A DNA stretch of 64,000 bases from Bryobacterales bacterium (GTDB taxonomy: Bacteria > Acidobacteriota > Terriglobia > Bryobacterales > UBA6623). Shown one piece after another: positions 38,592-48,142 of the stretch. The stretch spans positions 6,741,206-6,805,205 of the forward strand of contig OZ241924.1 in assembly GCA_965203925.1 (NCBI GenBank). The letters run 5' to 3'. How positions within the stretch are numbered: position 1 is the stretch's first letter; every line of letters starts with the position of its first letter. The translations under genes and the position numbers were made by a program. The notes under the pieces are model-generated. The model saw nothing but the letters and a program-made list of their open reading frames with translations, was not told the origin of the DNA and ran no database searches.

Positions 38592-40284
38592 TGCCCTTCC
38601 TCATCTCTTCCGACAAGTACTCGGCCGTTCTCCATGAGAGCGCGTTGATCGTCAGCGTCGGATTCTTGTCGGGATTGCTGACGAAGCTCGCCCCGTCTGC
38701 CACGAAAAGGTTGGGGACCTCATGCGCTTGGCAGTACTGATTGAGCACGGAGTTGTTGGCGCTGGAACCCATCCGCGCCGTGCCAACCTCGTGAATGATC
38801 GAACCGGGCACGGCGATCCCAGTTCTCTCCCGGGCCGTGTTGCCGATGCCAAGCACGGTGCCACCGGCGGCCTCGATGATCTCGCGGAACGTGCGCTCCA
38901 TGTGCCGCGCTTGGCGCCACTCGTAGTCGCTGAACGAGAAGTGGAAGCGAGGCACCGGGATTCCCCAGCGATCTACGGTGTCGGGATCAATGTCCATGTA
39001 GGACTGGTTGTTGGGGACCATCTCCCCCCGGCCGGACAACCCGACGAAGGAGCCGTACAACTCCCGCACACCGCGCTTGATTTCGGCGCCGTAGCCGGCG
39101 TGGCGCGCGATTGCCGTGAAGCTTCCCGGGCCGGGCATGCGGAAGCCGCCTCCCATCTCGATGTGATAGCCGCGCGGGAAGTCGAGCTTATTGTGGTCGT
39201 CCCAAAGCCACCAAGGAGCGTAGAGGTGGGCGCCCCCAAAGCCTTCGGTGTCGTAGCGAGGCATGTTGTCCAACGCCGGCAACAGACCGCCGAGACTGAA
39301 GCCGACCGTGTCCATCAGGTAGCGCCCGACAAGCCCCGATCCATTCGCGATGCCGTCCGGGAATTGGCTGGACTTCGAGTTCAGCATCAGCCGGGCCGTC
39401 TCGCAGGCCGAGGCGGCCAAGACGACGGCCCGCGCTTCCAGACGCCGCTCCGTGCGGGCAGCCTTATCAACGTAGATAACGCCGCGGGCGAGCCCCTGGG
39501 CGTCGACCTCCACCTTGCGGACCATCGCGTCGGTGATGAGCGTGACGTTGCCGGTCTTCAGCGCCGGGAAGATCTCCACTTGGGATGCCGAGTAGTTCGA
39601 CTCCGTCAGGCAACCGCGACCGCACTGTCCGCAGTAGTGGCAGGCCGCCCGGCCGTTGATCGAGCGGGTGATCACCGCGCGCCGGTTGGCGATGAAGGGG
39701 ATGCCCAGCGTCCCGCCCGCGGCCCGGATCAGCCGTTCGTGCGCCTTGGGCTCCGGCGGTGCATGGAACTTCCCGTCCGGGGCGCTGCGAATCCCCTCGA
39801 CCGTGCCTGTGACGCCGATGAACTCCTCGGCCCGGTCGTACCACGGAGCCAGATCCTCGTATGTAATCGGCCAGTCCCACCCGATCCCGTCTCTGGAGTA
39901 GGGCTGCATGTCCAAGTCGGAGAATCGGAAGGACATGCGACCGTAGTGGTTCGTGCGCCCGCCGACCACCCGCGAGCGGAACCACTCGAACTTAGTCCCC
40001 GGGGCGGTAGTGTAGGGTTCGCCGTCCAGCTGCCAGCCGCCGCTGGCGGCAATCATGAACCCGTATGCCTGACCCTTGCCGAAGTAGGCCTTGCCCCCTG
40101 CCTCCGCGCCGCGGTGCCCGTAGTCATACGGCCACTTGTTGGTCTTAAAGTCCTTCTGCGGGTCAAGCATCGGCCCTGCCTCTACCAAGGCCACCTTGAT
40201 CCCTTTGTCGGCCAGCACCCGCGTCATCGTCCCGCCGCCCGCTCCGGCCCCGACGACGATCACGTCGTATTCAGTTTCTGCCAT
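38584..40284 (-). CDS. GMC family FAD-dependent oxidoreductase
   Basis: YDVIVVGAGAGGGTMTRVLADKGIKVALVEAG (FAD Rossmann) and a C-terminal GTARMG...NLFVADGS motif. Start chosen at MAETEYD. Confidence 0.85.
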   Translation of the reverse strand: MAETEYDVIVVGAGAGGGTMTRVLADKGIKVALVEAGPMLDPQKDFKTNKWPYDYGHRGAEAGGKAYFGKGQAYGFMIAASGGWQLDGEPYTTAPGTKFEWFRSRVVGGRTNHYGRMSFRFSDLDMQPYSRDGIGWDWPITYEDLAPWYDRAEEFIGVTGTVEGIRSAPDGKFHAPPEPKAHERLIRAAGGTLGIPFIANRRAVITRSINGRAACHYCGQCGRGCLTESNYSASQVEIFPALKTGNVTLITDAMVRKVEVDAQGLARGVIYVDKAARTERRLEARAVVLAASACETARLMLNSKSSQFPDGIANGSGLVGRYLMDTVGFSLGGLLPALDNMPRYDTEGFGGAHLYAPWWLWDDHNKLDFPRGYHIEMGGGFRMPGPGSFTAIARHAGYGAEIKRGVRELYGSFVGLSGRGEMVPNNQSYMDIDPDTVDRWGIPVPRFHFSFSDYEWRQARHMERTFREIIEAAGGTVLGIGNTARERTGIAVPGSIIHEVGTARMGSSANNSVLNQYCQAHEVPNLFVADGASFVSNPDKNPTLTINALSWRTAEYLSEEMRKGNV

Positions 40285-40359
40285 GTGCGTCCTTCCGGGG
40301 CCCGCTGGCCCCCCGTGCCCGTTCAACTCGAAGCACGCAAGCGGTCGGGCCGCCCTGCC

Positions 40360-42297
40360 TCAGAAGGGTAGTGGGTCCGGGCGCTTCGCCACAACCCCTT
40401 CATATGCTTCGGCAATGGAAATATTATGCGCCGTCAGCATGTGGCCGGTGGCCCGGTCGAGGTTGATGCGGGCATTCGCGAACTCGTTCTGCGTCGCTAT
40501 CAGGTTCGTCCGCGCATTCGCCAAGTCCCGCTGGGCCTGCACGACCTGAAAGATCGTCGACGCCCCGAGGTTGTACTTCTTCTGCTCAGCATCCAGGGTC
40601 TGCTCCTGTAGCTGGACAGATTTCGCGGCTGCGGCGAAGCGCGCGCGGGCCTGGGTCACCTGGATGATGGCGGACTGCACTTCGGTGCGGACCGAGTTCT
40701 CCAGCTGGACGAAGCGCACCTGCTGCTGGCGCTGCTCAAGCAGGGCCGCCGTGTAGTCCGCTCGCGCCTGGCGGTTCTTGAGAGGAATGTTCAGCTGCAT
40801 GCGCACCTGATAGTCCGGAAAATTCCGGCGGAACAGCTGGCCGCCAGCAGTCATGAGGCCACCGAGAAAGAATGGCGACACATCGGCAGTCTGCCCAGGA
40901 CTCGGCCGGAACAGCGGATTGACCGAGCCCGCCAAGGCGTTGTTTGTCAGATCGACGGTCAGGTTCAGGCTCGGCAGCATCCCGTTCTTGACGCCCACCA
41001 GGCCCAGGTCGGTGTTGCGCAGTCGGATCCGGTTCTGCTCCATGTCGGCCCGGGATGCGAGCGCCACTTCGCTCAGCACCCTCACGGGCTCAACTTCCTC
41101 GTCCACATTAATCACGATGTCTTCCGTGGGCACGATTTCGGCATGTTCCAGTGTCGGGCTCGCAATCCCGTTCACGCTCAGCGCGTCCTTGAGGATCGTC
41201 TCCTGCAATTGCAGTTCGGTCTCCGCCGCGGTCAGGTCCGCCTCGCGGGCGGCAACCTCCGCTTCAGCGCGGATGATCTCGATCGGAGCCAGTGTCCCGA
41301 CCTCGACGCGGATCTTGTTGTCGCGGTAGAGCTTCTTCGCAAGCTCCAAGTTCTGCACTTGGCTCTCGACCTGTGCCCGCAACGACACGAGGCCCCAGTA
41401 GAGGCTCGCCACCCGCGCCACGACCTCCTCCACCTGCAGCTTGAACTGCAAGTTTGAGATCTCGTTGTTGTTCTTCGCCACTTGGATGTTACGGGTGTTG
41501 ACCGCTACGCCGAAGCCTTGCAGCAGCGGCTGGGTGAGACGCAAAGTGAGAGCGCTCGTCAGTGCGGGGTTGAAGTTTGTCCGCAGACTATTGGTCTCAC
41601 TGTTGGAGTTGGCCCACACCAGAGCTGCGGTCGCGCCCGAAGCAAAGCCCTGCCGGATCCCGAGTTGGCTGTTGCTGATCTCGCGCACCAGCGTGGTGGT
41701 CCCGGTCACGAAGTTGTTGGTCTGAGGATTGGAGAAGTGGCCCCAGTCGATGTTGCCGAACAGCGACGGATCCAGGTTCACCGCCTGCGTGCCGAAGAAC
41801 GTGCTGGCATCGCCGATGTCGGCGGCACCGCCCTGGCCTCCCACGGCGCCGCCCCCGCCAGCGCGCTGTGTAATGCCCGTTGCCTGTGCCTGCGGCGCCG
41901 TGCGGGCGGCCGCTCCCTGAGCAGTCGAGAGCACGCTGATCTGGTTCTGGACGCCGCGCAACTGGGCCCCAGACTTGGCACGCATCAGGTCGTTCGCGGC
42001 GCTCTGCGGGCCGTAGCGCGACCAAGCGATGTCCAAGTTGTTCTCGATTGCCAGCGCCAGGGCGTCTGAGAGGCTCAGGTAGAGCTTCGCCTCCTGCAGC
42101 AAGTTCTCCAGTCGGTCGGAGTTCTGGAGAGTGATCTCCGGCACCTCGGGGGCCTCGAAAATGTTCACCAATGGGGGCCACGCGGACTGTCCCATGCTGT
42201 AGTCCATGGGCCTGGCGCGGATCTCTTGGGCGGTGGCGAGGGGCTGCAAGGCCATTGCCGTCACCAGCAGCAAAGGCCACCCGATGCGTTTGGTCAT
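40360..42297 (-). CDS. TolC-family outer membrane efflux protein
   Basis: Signal peptide MTKRIGWPLLLVTAMALQPLATAQE and two long coiled-coil/beta repeat halves typical of OEP proteins. Confidence 0.8.
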   Translation of the reverse strand: MTKRIGWPLLLVTAMALQPLATAQEIRARPMDYSMGQSAWPPLVNIFEAPEVPEITLQNSDRLENLLQEAKLYLSLSDALALAIENNLDIAWSRYGPQSAANDLMRAKSGAQLRGVQNQISVLSTAQGAAARTAPQAQATGITQRAGGGGAVGGQGGAADIGDASTFFGTQAVNLDPSLFGNIDWGHFSNPQTNNFVTGTTTLVREISNSQLGIRQGFASGATAALVWANSNSETNSLRTNFNPALTSALTLRLTQPLLQGFGVAVNTRNIQVAKNNNEISNLQFKLQVEEVVARVASLYWGLVSLRAQVESQVQNLELAKKLYRDNKIRVEVGTLAPIEIIRAEAEVAAREADLTAAETELQLQETILKDALSVNGIASPTLEHAEIVPTEDIVINVDEEVEPVRVLSEVALASRADMEQNRIRLRNTDLGLVGVKNGMLPSLNLTVDLTNNALAGSVNPLFRPSPGQTADVSPFFLGGLMTAGGQLFRRNFPDYQVRMQLNIPLKNRQARADYTAALLEQRQQQVRFVQLENSVRTEVQSAIIQVTQARARFAAAAKSVQLQEQTLDAEQKKYNLGASTIFQVVQAQRDLANARTNLIATQNEFANARINLDRATGHMLTAHNISIAEAYEGVVAKRPDPLPF

Positions 42298-42432
42298 GGG
42301 AGGCAAGTATTCGGACAGCGGGCGGCCCCAAGCGACCGCTCCAGCCGAGATTCTTAAGACGATTTGGGGCATCATCTGGTTACCTTCCGAGACCGTTGGC
42401 AACCGCTGTGCCAGAAGCGATAGGCTGCGTGT

Positions 42433-43197
42433 GTGGCGGGCCTTGGCCAGACTTGGAAGCTAACCTTAGCTTACGACGGGACGGACTACTCGGGCTGGCA
42501 GGTGCAGCCCCGCCGCGCGACGGTCCAAGGTGTGCTCGAGAAATCCTTGGCCAAGATCGAAGGCCAACCCGTGCGGACTGTTGGATCCGGGCGGACCGAT
42601 GCGGGCGTGCACGCGCTCGGCCAGGTCGCGTCTTGCGAGCTGCACTGTCCGATCCCCGCCCAAGGCCTCCAGAAGGCGCTCAACCGGCTGTTGCCCCCCG
42701 CGATCCGGGTAACGTCTGCAGACAGGGCACCGGCTGGCTTTCACGCGCGACATCACGCGCTGGCCAAGACGTACGAGTACCGCATCCACCGCGCTTCGGT
42801 TTGCCCGCCGGTCCAGGCCCGCTACGTGCTGTGGCATCCATATCCGCTGGCTGAAGCGGCTATGGTCGAGGCCGCGCCGCTGCTTGAGGGCACCCGGGAC
42901 TTCCGGTCATTCGCATCGCACTCTCGGGAGCCGCCAGAGCACACGTGCCGGACAGTCTTCTCATCCCGCCTCGAGCGAGGCGGGGATCTTCTCGTGTACC
43001 GCGTACGCGGCAGCGGCTTCCTGTACCGCATGGTGCGAAACCTGGTCGGCACCCTGCTGGAAGTCGGCCGGGGAAACCTAGCGCCGAATGATATGGAGCG
43101 CATCTTCGCGGCGCGGGACCGGCAGGCGGCGGGACCTGCCGTGCCTGCGAGAGGCCTGTTCCTCACGAGCGTCGAATACGCCGACTTCGGCGCGTAG
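42433..43197 (+). CDS. truA: tRNA pseudouridine(38-40) synthase
   Basis: LAYDGTDYSGWQVQP and GSGRTDAGVHALGQV (catalytic Asp). Confidence 0.9.
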   Translation: MAGLGQTWKLTLAYDGTDYSGWQVQPRRATVQGVLEKSLAKIEGQPVRTVGSGRTDAGVHALGQVASCELHCPIPAQGLQKALNRLLPPAIRVTSADRAPAGFHARHHALAKTYEYRIHRASVCPPVQARYVLWHPYPLAEAAMVEAAPLLEGTRDFRSFASHSREPPEHTCRTVFSSRLERGGDLLVYRVRGSGFLYRMVRNLVGTLLEVGRGNLAPNDMERIFAARDRQAAGPAVPARGLFLTSVEYADFGA

Positions 43198-43212
43198 AGC
43201 AACGAGGCCCGG

Positions 43213-44127
43213 TCAACTCGCCCGGGACACGATCCACCGGGCGAGCCCGCGAAGTGCCCAAGCGCGGTCAGAAAAGACCCCAAGCGCGTCCAGCGATTCC
43301 TCGAGGCAGCGCTGGGCCTTCAGGCGCGATCCCTCAATGCCGTACATCGCCGGATAGGTGGCCTTGGCCTGTCGCGCGTCCTTGCCTGCCGTCTTACCCA
43401 ACTGTTCGGTGGACGACACCACGTCCAGGATGTCGTCGACGATCTGGAACGCAAGCCCTATCCGATCACCGTACAGGCAGAGCGCATTGTGCAGGGCAGG
43501 TTCTTCCTCGACACACTCACCGCACAGGGATCCGACGACCACCGAGGCGCGGATCAGGGCCGCCGTCTTGGATTGGTGGATGTATTGGACGAGGTCTGGC
43601 GTCGGCACGCATCCCTCCGCTTCGAGATCCGCCATCTGGCCGCCAATCATGCCGTCGACAGTGCCAACCGCCCTTGCCACAACGGCCATTGTGTCGGCCC
43701 GGAACTTGGCGTGCAGGTCGCGGCGCCCAGTCTTTTCTCCGTGCGTGGCCAGGGTCAACAGGCCCAACGTCAGTAAGGCATCGCCGGCAAGAATGGCAAC
43801 GGACTCTGAGTACTGCTTGTGACAGGTGGGCTTGCCACGGCGGAAGTCGTCGTCGTCCAGCGCGGGGAGGTCGTCGTGTATCAGCGAGTACGTGTGAATG
43901 CACTCGATAGCTGCGCCGAGTTGGTCACATCCATTCCCCCATTCGCGCGCCTCGGCGGCCGCCAGCATCAGGATCGGCCGGATGCGCTTGCCTCCTGCAA
44001 AGACGCTGTAGCGCATGGCGGAATGCAGAGTCGCCGGGCGGGCGTCGGCCGGCGGGAGGATTTCATCCAGAGCTCTATTGACGCGCGCCCGCCTCTCGAG
44101 GACATACGGCTGGAGCCTGTTAGTCAC
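43213..44127 (-). CDS. ispA: polyprenyl (farnesyl/geranylgeranyl) diphosphate synthase
   Basis: First DDxxD block in LIHDDLPALDDDDFRRG and second in FQIVDDILD. Confidence 0.9.
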   Translation of the reverse strand: MTNRLQPYVLERRARVNRALDEILPPADARPATLHSAMRYSVFAGGKRIRPILMLAAAEAREWGNGCDQLGAAIECIHTYSLIHDDLPALDDDDFRRGKPTCHKQYSESVAILAGDALLTLGLLTLATHGEKTGRRDLHAKFRADTMAVVARAVGTVDGMIGGQMADLEAEGCVPTPDLVQYIHQSKTAALIRASVVVGSLCGECVEEEPALHNALCLYGDRIGLAFQIVDDILDVVSSTEQLGKTAGKDARQAKATYPAMYGIEGSRLKAQRCLEESLDALGVFSDRAWALRGLARWIVSRAS

Positions 44128-44395
44128 CGCGGCTCAAGACCTCACCGGTTCGGCCCAACTCGCCTTCCGCCGGGCGCGCGTGCACCTGCCCGCCGCGCTT
44201 CATCAGGACCTCCACCTTGGTCTCGGCATCCTCCAGCTGTTTGCGGCAGCGCAGACTGAGCTCGACCCCGCTCTCAAATAGGGCCAGAGACTCCTCCAGC
44301 GAAAGCTCACCACCCTCAAGCTTGCGGACGATCTCGTCCAGCTTCTTCAGGCTCTCCTCGAACGATGGCTGGGATTGGGGATCGTCCTTGGCCAT
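44120..44395 (-). CDS. xseB: exodeoxyribonuclease VII small subunit
   Basis: SFEESLKKLDEIVRKLEGGELSLEESLALFESGVEL is the canonical XseB helix. It overlaps the ispA start by 8 nt (the classic xseB-ispA arrangement). Start trimmed to MAKDD. Confidence 0.85.
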   Translation of the reverse strand: MAKDDPQSQPSFEESLKKLDEIVRKLEGGELSLEESLALFESGVELSLRCRKQLEDAETKVEVLMKRGGQVHARPAEGELGRTGEVLSRGD

Positions 44396-45125
44396 GAGGA
44401 CGCCATTGTACTTTGTGTGGCGGCGGCGGGGCTCTCGCTGGCCCGGAGGTAGGCTGCGGGCCGATTGCGGATTGGTTCGCCACGCCGCTGGGGTTACGGA
44501 ACAGACCCTCCCGCAGCACCCGGGCCGGGCATGCGGTTTGGCGACGGCCGCGCGATCCGCGAGTTCATGCGCTGCACCAAGCTCGTGGAAGTGATCCGCA
44601 TTTACGGAGACGGGCGTTCCGGGGCTTTGCAAATGTCTACGTGCCTTGCCTGGGGCCCGATTCCCCTCAAACTCTCCCCAACAAGTCAGCGCCTATAGGA
44701 TGCTGCCGCACGTAACGCTCCCGGAGCGCGGGTCTCGCGGATTTCAAAGGGGCGGAGTCCCTCGACGACCCCTTTTCTCACGGCGGTCTGGCTCTCCAGA
44801 GTCAGCCGGGGCCGACCAGCCCGTCCAATGCAGCCGACGCGCCGACTCGGCGCGCCGCACCGCCCTCTTCGACAGGCTTCGAACACCCGCGCTACGCCGA
44901 GTGGATTGACAACCGCCTCAACCGGTGGGTGCCACGGTTAAACAGCCGTAGCGGCGCGACGCTCAGGAATACCGTATTGTTGTGGGCGGTCGACGTAGGT
45001 TCCCGTGGCCACTTCGTCTATGCGGCCAACCACAAGTGCAACATCTCCGTCTGGCCAACTCCTCATGATCCGTCGCTAGCCCCCCGTCCCTTCGATTCAT
45101 CCCGAGAGCCACAACGAGTACCCCA

Positions 45126-46250
45126 GTGCCATTCGCCCTCAGTTGGGTTGACCACGATCAGGAGGCCCGCGACCGTGCTGAAAAGGTCCTTGCCCTTCTG
45201 GGAGAGCGCGAAGCTCGTGACGAACTCGGGTTGGGACCGATCCGCGACTCCCTGTCGGACCTCCTTTTCCCCGGTACGAGCACTATCCAGACCCGCCTAC
45301 GGTACTTTCTCATCGTGCCGTGGGTCTACCGCACTTTGGAAGACGAGGGGATAGCGGACGACGAAGTACCGAACAAGGGGCGGGATCTTGAGCTGAAGGT
45401 CTCCGCCCATCTCCGCGCGACCTCCGAAGCAGGTGTCTTCGGCAGACGCGCTGGTCGTCGACTCAGGCGCCTCCCGAGTTCCGTCTATTGGCTGGGCCTC
45501 GGTACTTGGGGACTGCGCAACGATTCCGGGGGTCAGAACGGGGAGAGTCGCTGGCACCAGGGCATTCCTGCCGCACCTAGCGGGTTCCCAAAGATCGACA
45601 CACTGAAGCTCACCGCGGCGGAAGCGGAGTATATCCAAGACCGCGTCGCGCAGTCGATTCCAAAGAGCCTGCTTGCCCATCTATTCCTGCTCGCCCGGCC
45701 AGCGAAGTGCGACTTCGCTTGGAAACACCCAGACTACGCCGGATTCTGCAGAATCCACAGGGACGTGCTGGAGCACGCACGCCTGTTCTCCGAGGTCATC
45801 TATGGTGCGCCATTGCTCTACAACCTGCTGCTCGCGAGGCGTGCCCAACGAGAGGACAAGGCCACGGAGTATCGAATGGAACTTGAGACCTGGGCGCTCG
45901 GCCTAGACCGAACCGCCCTCGACAACTGGTCGGTGGAGGACTTCTGGTCGACTGTGCGCCGTCGACGCCGGATCAACCCAAGCGCCTACGGCTTCGTAAA
46001 CCAATGGATCGAGCTTGCAAGGAGTAGCGCTCTGGATGTCGAAAGGCATGGACTCCCTGCAGACGACTCCGCTTCAGCACGGTTGGTGAGGAGGCGGGAG
46101 AAGACGCTGAAACGAGAGCGATCCCGCTTCTTGAATCGGCGTTTGCTCGATCAGTGGGGCGGAGCGGCGGGAGTCTACCGAATGGACTACCGGTGGAACA
46201 ACGTGCGTGACTACCTTCGCGAACTCGCAGCCGGTCTGGGCCAGGGATGA
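45126..46250 (+). CDS. conserved protein of unknown function (component A; possibly a DUF6361-type family, from memory)
   Basis: 374 aa. GTG is the first possible start after an in-frame TGA at 45067. Conserved-looking block ARDELGLGPIRDSLSDLLFPGTSTIQTRLRYFLIVPWVY. No catalytic motif recognised. Confidence 0.7.
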   Translation: MPFALSWVDHDQEARDRAEKVLALLGEREARDELGLGPIRDSLSDLLFPGTSTIQTRLRYFLIVPWVYRTLEDEGIADDEVPNKGRDLELKVSAHLRATSEAGVFGRRAGRRLRRLPSSVYWLGLGTWGLRNDSGGQNGESRWHQGIPAAPSGFPKIDTLKLTAAEAEYIQDRVAQSIPKSLLAHLFLLARPAKCDFAWKHPDYAGFCRIHRDVLEHARLFSEVIYGAPLLYNLLLARRAQREDKATEYRMELETWALGLDRTALDNWSVEDFWSTVRRRRRINPSAYGFVNQWIELARSSALDVERHGLPADDSASARLVRRREKTLKRERSRFLNRRLLDQWGGAAGVYRMDYRWNNVRDYLRELAAGLGQG

Positions 46251-48142
46251 CGTTGCTAGACCCCCAATCCAATCGCACCCTGTACACCGATGCGCTCACG
46301 ACACCGCCAGGTTTCCGGTTTGATTGCGCTGTAGCGCTGACCTATTCCCTTGGGCTGGACACGCTTCTAGCCGTACCGCTCCACCTTCTGCTACACGCGG
46401 GCCGACGAACCCAAACCAGACTTCTCAAGGACCGGCTTGCAGTCCTCGATGGAATCCGACAAACAGCAGGCAACCTCTCGATCTTCCATCAGAACGGTCG
46501 CATCTTGGCGCCTAGGCGGCGACGGATTCTCTACTCCCTGCTCGAGGACTCGGTGTTTCGGGCATCGGCCCCTCGCGACGGTATCTTTCACCCCAAGGTC
46601 TGGCTGCTGCGCTTCTCCGCCGATGCCGACGAATCCACACCGGATCGAAATCGGGACGCGCCCCTCATCCGGCTTGCAGTCCTATCCCGCAACCTAACTG
46701 CGGACCGGTCGTGGGACCTCTCGCTGACGGTGGAGGGACGGCCTGAGGACGAAGAGGTCGATGGGAACGAGGCGCTGGTTCGGTTGCTGCGTGCCCTGCC
46801 CGAATGCGCGCCGGAGCTTCCCGAGGACCGTGCCGACCAGCTCGCTTCCCTAGCGGACGACCTCGCCCGCACCGCCTGGGAGCTTCCAGACGGCATCGAC
46901 GATCTCCGTCTGCACGCCATCGGACTGACCGGGCGTGAATGGTTGCCTCCCCCGTCCGATCAGCTCGTCGTCATGTCACCCTTCTGCACAAGGGGTGCAT
47001 TGAAGCGTCTGGCGCAAACCAGTGATTCGGCCCGGGCGTTGATCTCGCGGCCTGAGGAACTAGTCAGGATGACGCAGAGGTCGCAGTGCACGACCGAACC
47101 GTTCGAACGGCGTCTGGTGTTGCGCGAAACGGCGGAGGCCGATGACGAAGAGGACAGGTCGCTCCGGCGCGGTGCACACACGGGACTTCATGCGAAGCTC
47201 TACCTCTGCGATGAGGCCGGCGGAACACGGCTGTTCGTTGGCTCGGCCAACTCGACCCACCCCGCCTTGATCGGCGCGACCAACGTGGAGCTGATGGTTG
47301 AACTGGCAGGGAGCCCGAAGCTCTTGGGGTCGGTGGAGGGCTTTCTGAGTAACGATGGGTTCGGGGCTCTCTTGGAGGACTTTGATCCCAATGACATTGA
47401 CCCACCCAAACCGGACGAGGTCGACGCCAGGAAGCTTCTGGAACGCGCCTGTGACACGATTGCCGCCTCCAAACTGCGCCTCTCCTGCCAACAGGCGGAC
47501 GACGGTCAGGGGGATGACCGGAGCTGGCAGCTGAATCTGCGCGCCCGGAAGCCGATCAAACTCGCGCCAGGCGTGCGGCTGACAGCATGGCCGATTACCC
47601 TACGCCGTCGTCGAAAGCTCGATTGCCGCCCTCTCCTTAGCGGTCGGGAGATCTCCTTTGGGCCGATGGACCTATCGTCGATCACACGGTTCATCGCATT
47701 CGAGATTGCGTTGCAGGGAGACAGACCCAAGGTGCCGCCTCAGACGTTCGTCCTGCGTGTGTCAACGGGCACGCTGCCCACGCAGGCGCGCGACGATGCT
47801 GTGGTCCGGCAGATTGTACGCAACCGTGAAGGGTTCCTTCGCTATCTCATTTTCCTGCTCGGTGACTTCGACGCCTTTTCGGATGGCGAGGGCGACGAAG
47901 CCGGGTCACCGGGAACTGGTCGCGGGAGCCAGGTCAGGACGCTACCGCTGCTGGAGCAGATGACGCGGGCATTCTGCCGCGATCCGTCGCGACTCGAGGC
48001 GGTGCGCCGCCTCGTCGAGCATCTCCGGCCATCGAGTGCTACCGGCCAGGATGGGACAGTTGTTCCAGACGACTTCCTAGAGCTATGGAAAACCTTTGAG
48101 TCGATACTGCCGGGAGGGGATCGTGACGAATCCGCGCCGTAA
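46247..48142 (+). CDS. phospholipase D-like (HKD) nuclease-family protein (component B)
   Basis: Canonical HKD motif GLHAKLYLCDEAGGTRLFVGSANST (HxKx4Dx(n)GSxN). An N-terminal degenerate copy GIFHPKVWLLRF...LAVLSRNLT has H and K but lacks the Asp. Confidence 0.8.
   Translation: MTLLDPQSNRTLYTDALTTPPGFRFDCAVALTYSLGLDTLLAVPLHLLLHAGRRTQTRLLKDRLAVLDGIRQTAGNLSIFHQNGRILAPRRRRILYSLLEDSVFRASAPRDGIFHPKVWLLRFSADADESTPDRNRDAPLIRLAVLSRNLTADRSWDLSLTVEGRPEDEEVDGNEALVRLLRALPECAPELPEDRADQLASLADDLARTAWELPDGIDDLRLHAIGLTGREWLPPPSDQLVVMSPFCTRGALKRLAQTSDSARALISRPEELVRMTQRSQCTTEPFERRLVLRETAEADDEEDRSLRRGAHTGLHAKLYLCDEAGGTRLFVGSANSTHPALIGATNVELMVELAGSPKLLGSVEGFLSNDGFGALLEDFDPNDIDPPKPDEVDARKLLERACDTIAASKLRLSCQQADDGQGDDRSWQLNLRARKPIKLAPGVRLTAWPITLRRRRKLDCRPLLSGREISFGPMDLSSITRFIAFEIALQGDRPKVPPQTFVLRVSTGTLPTQARDDAVVRQIVRNREGFLRYLIFLLGDFDAFSDGEGDEAGSPGTGRGSQVRTLPLLEQMTRAFCRDPSRLEAVRRLVEHLRPSSATGQDGTVVPDDFLELWKTFESILPGGDRDESAP

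Noticed and set aside
38722-40371. 549-aa plus-strand ORF
   Set aside because: It is antisense to the GMC oxidoreductase, which has a clear FAD-binding motif. Artefact.
44938-45066. 42-aa minus-strand ORF (MRSWPDGDVALVVGRIDEVATGTYVDRPQQYGIPERRAATAV) just upstream of the three-gene operon, considered as a small regulator or antitoxin
   Set aside because: It is below any reliable length. I saw no SD, no recognisable HTH/AbrB/MazF motif, and the plus-strand frame is equally open. It cannot be supported without homology evidence.
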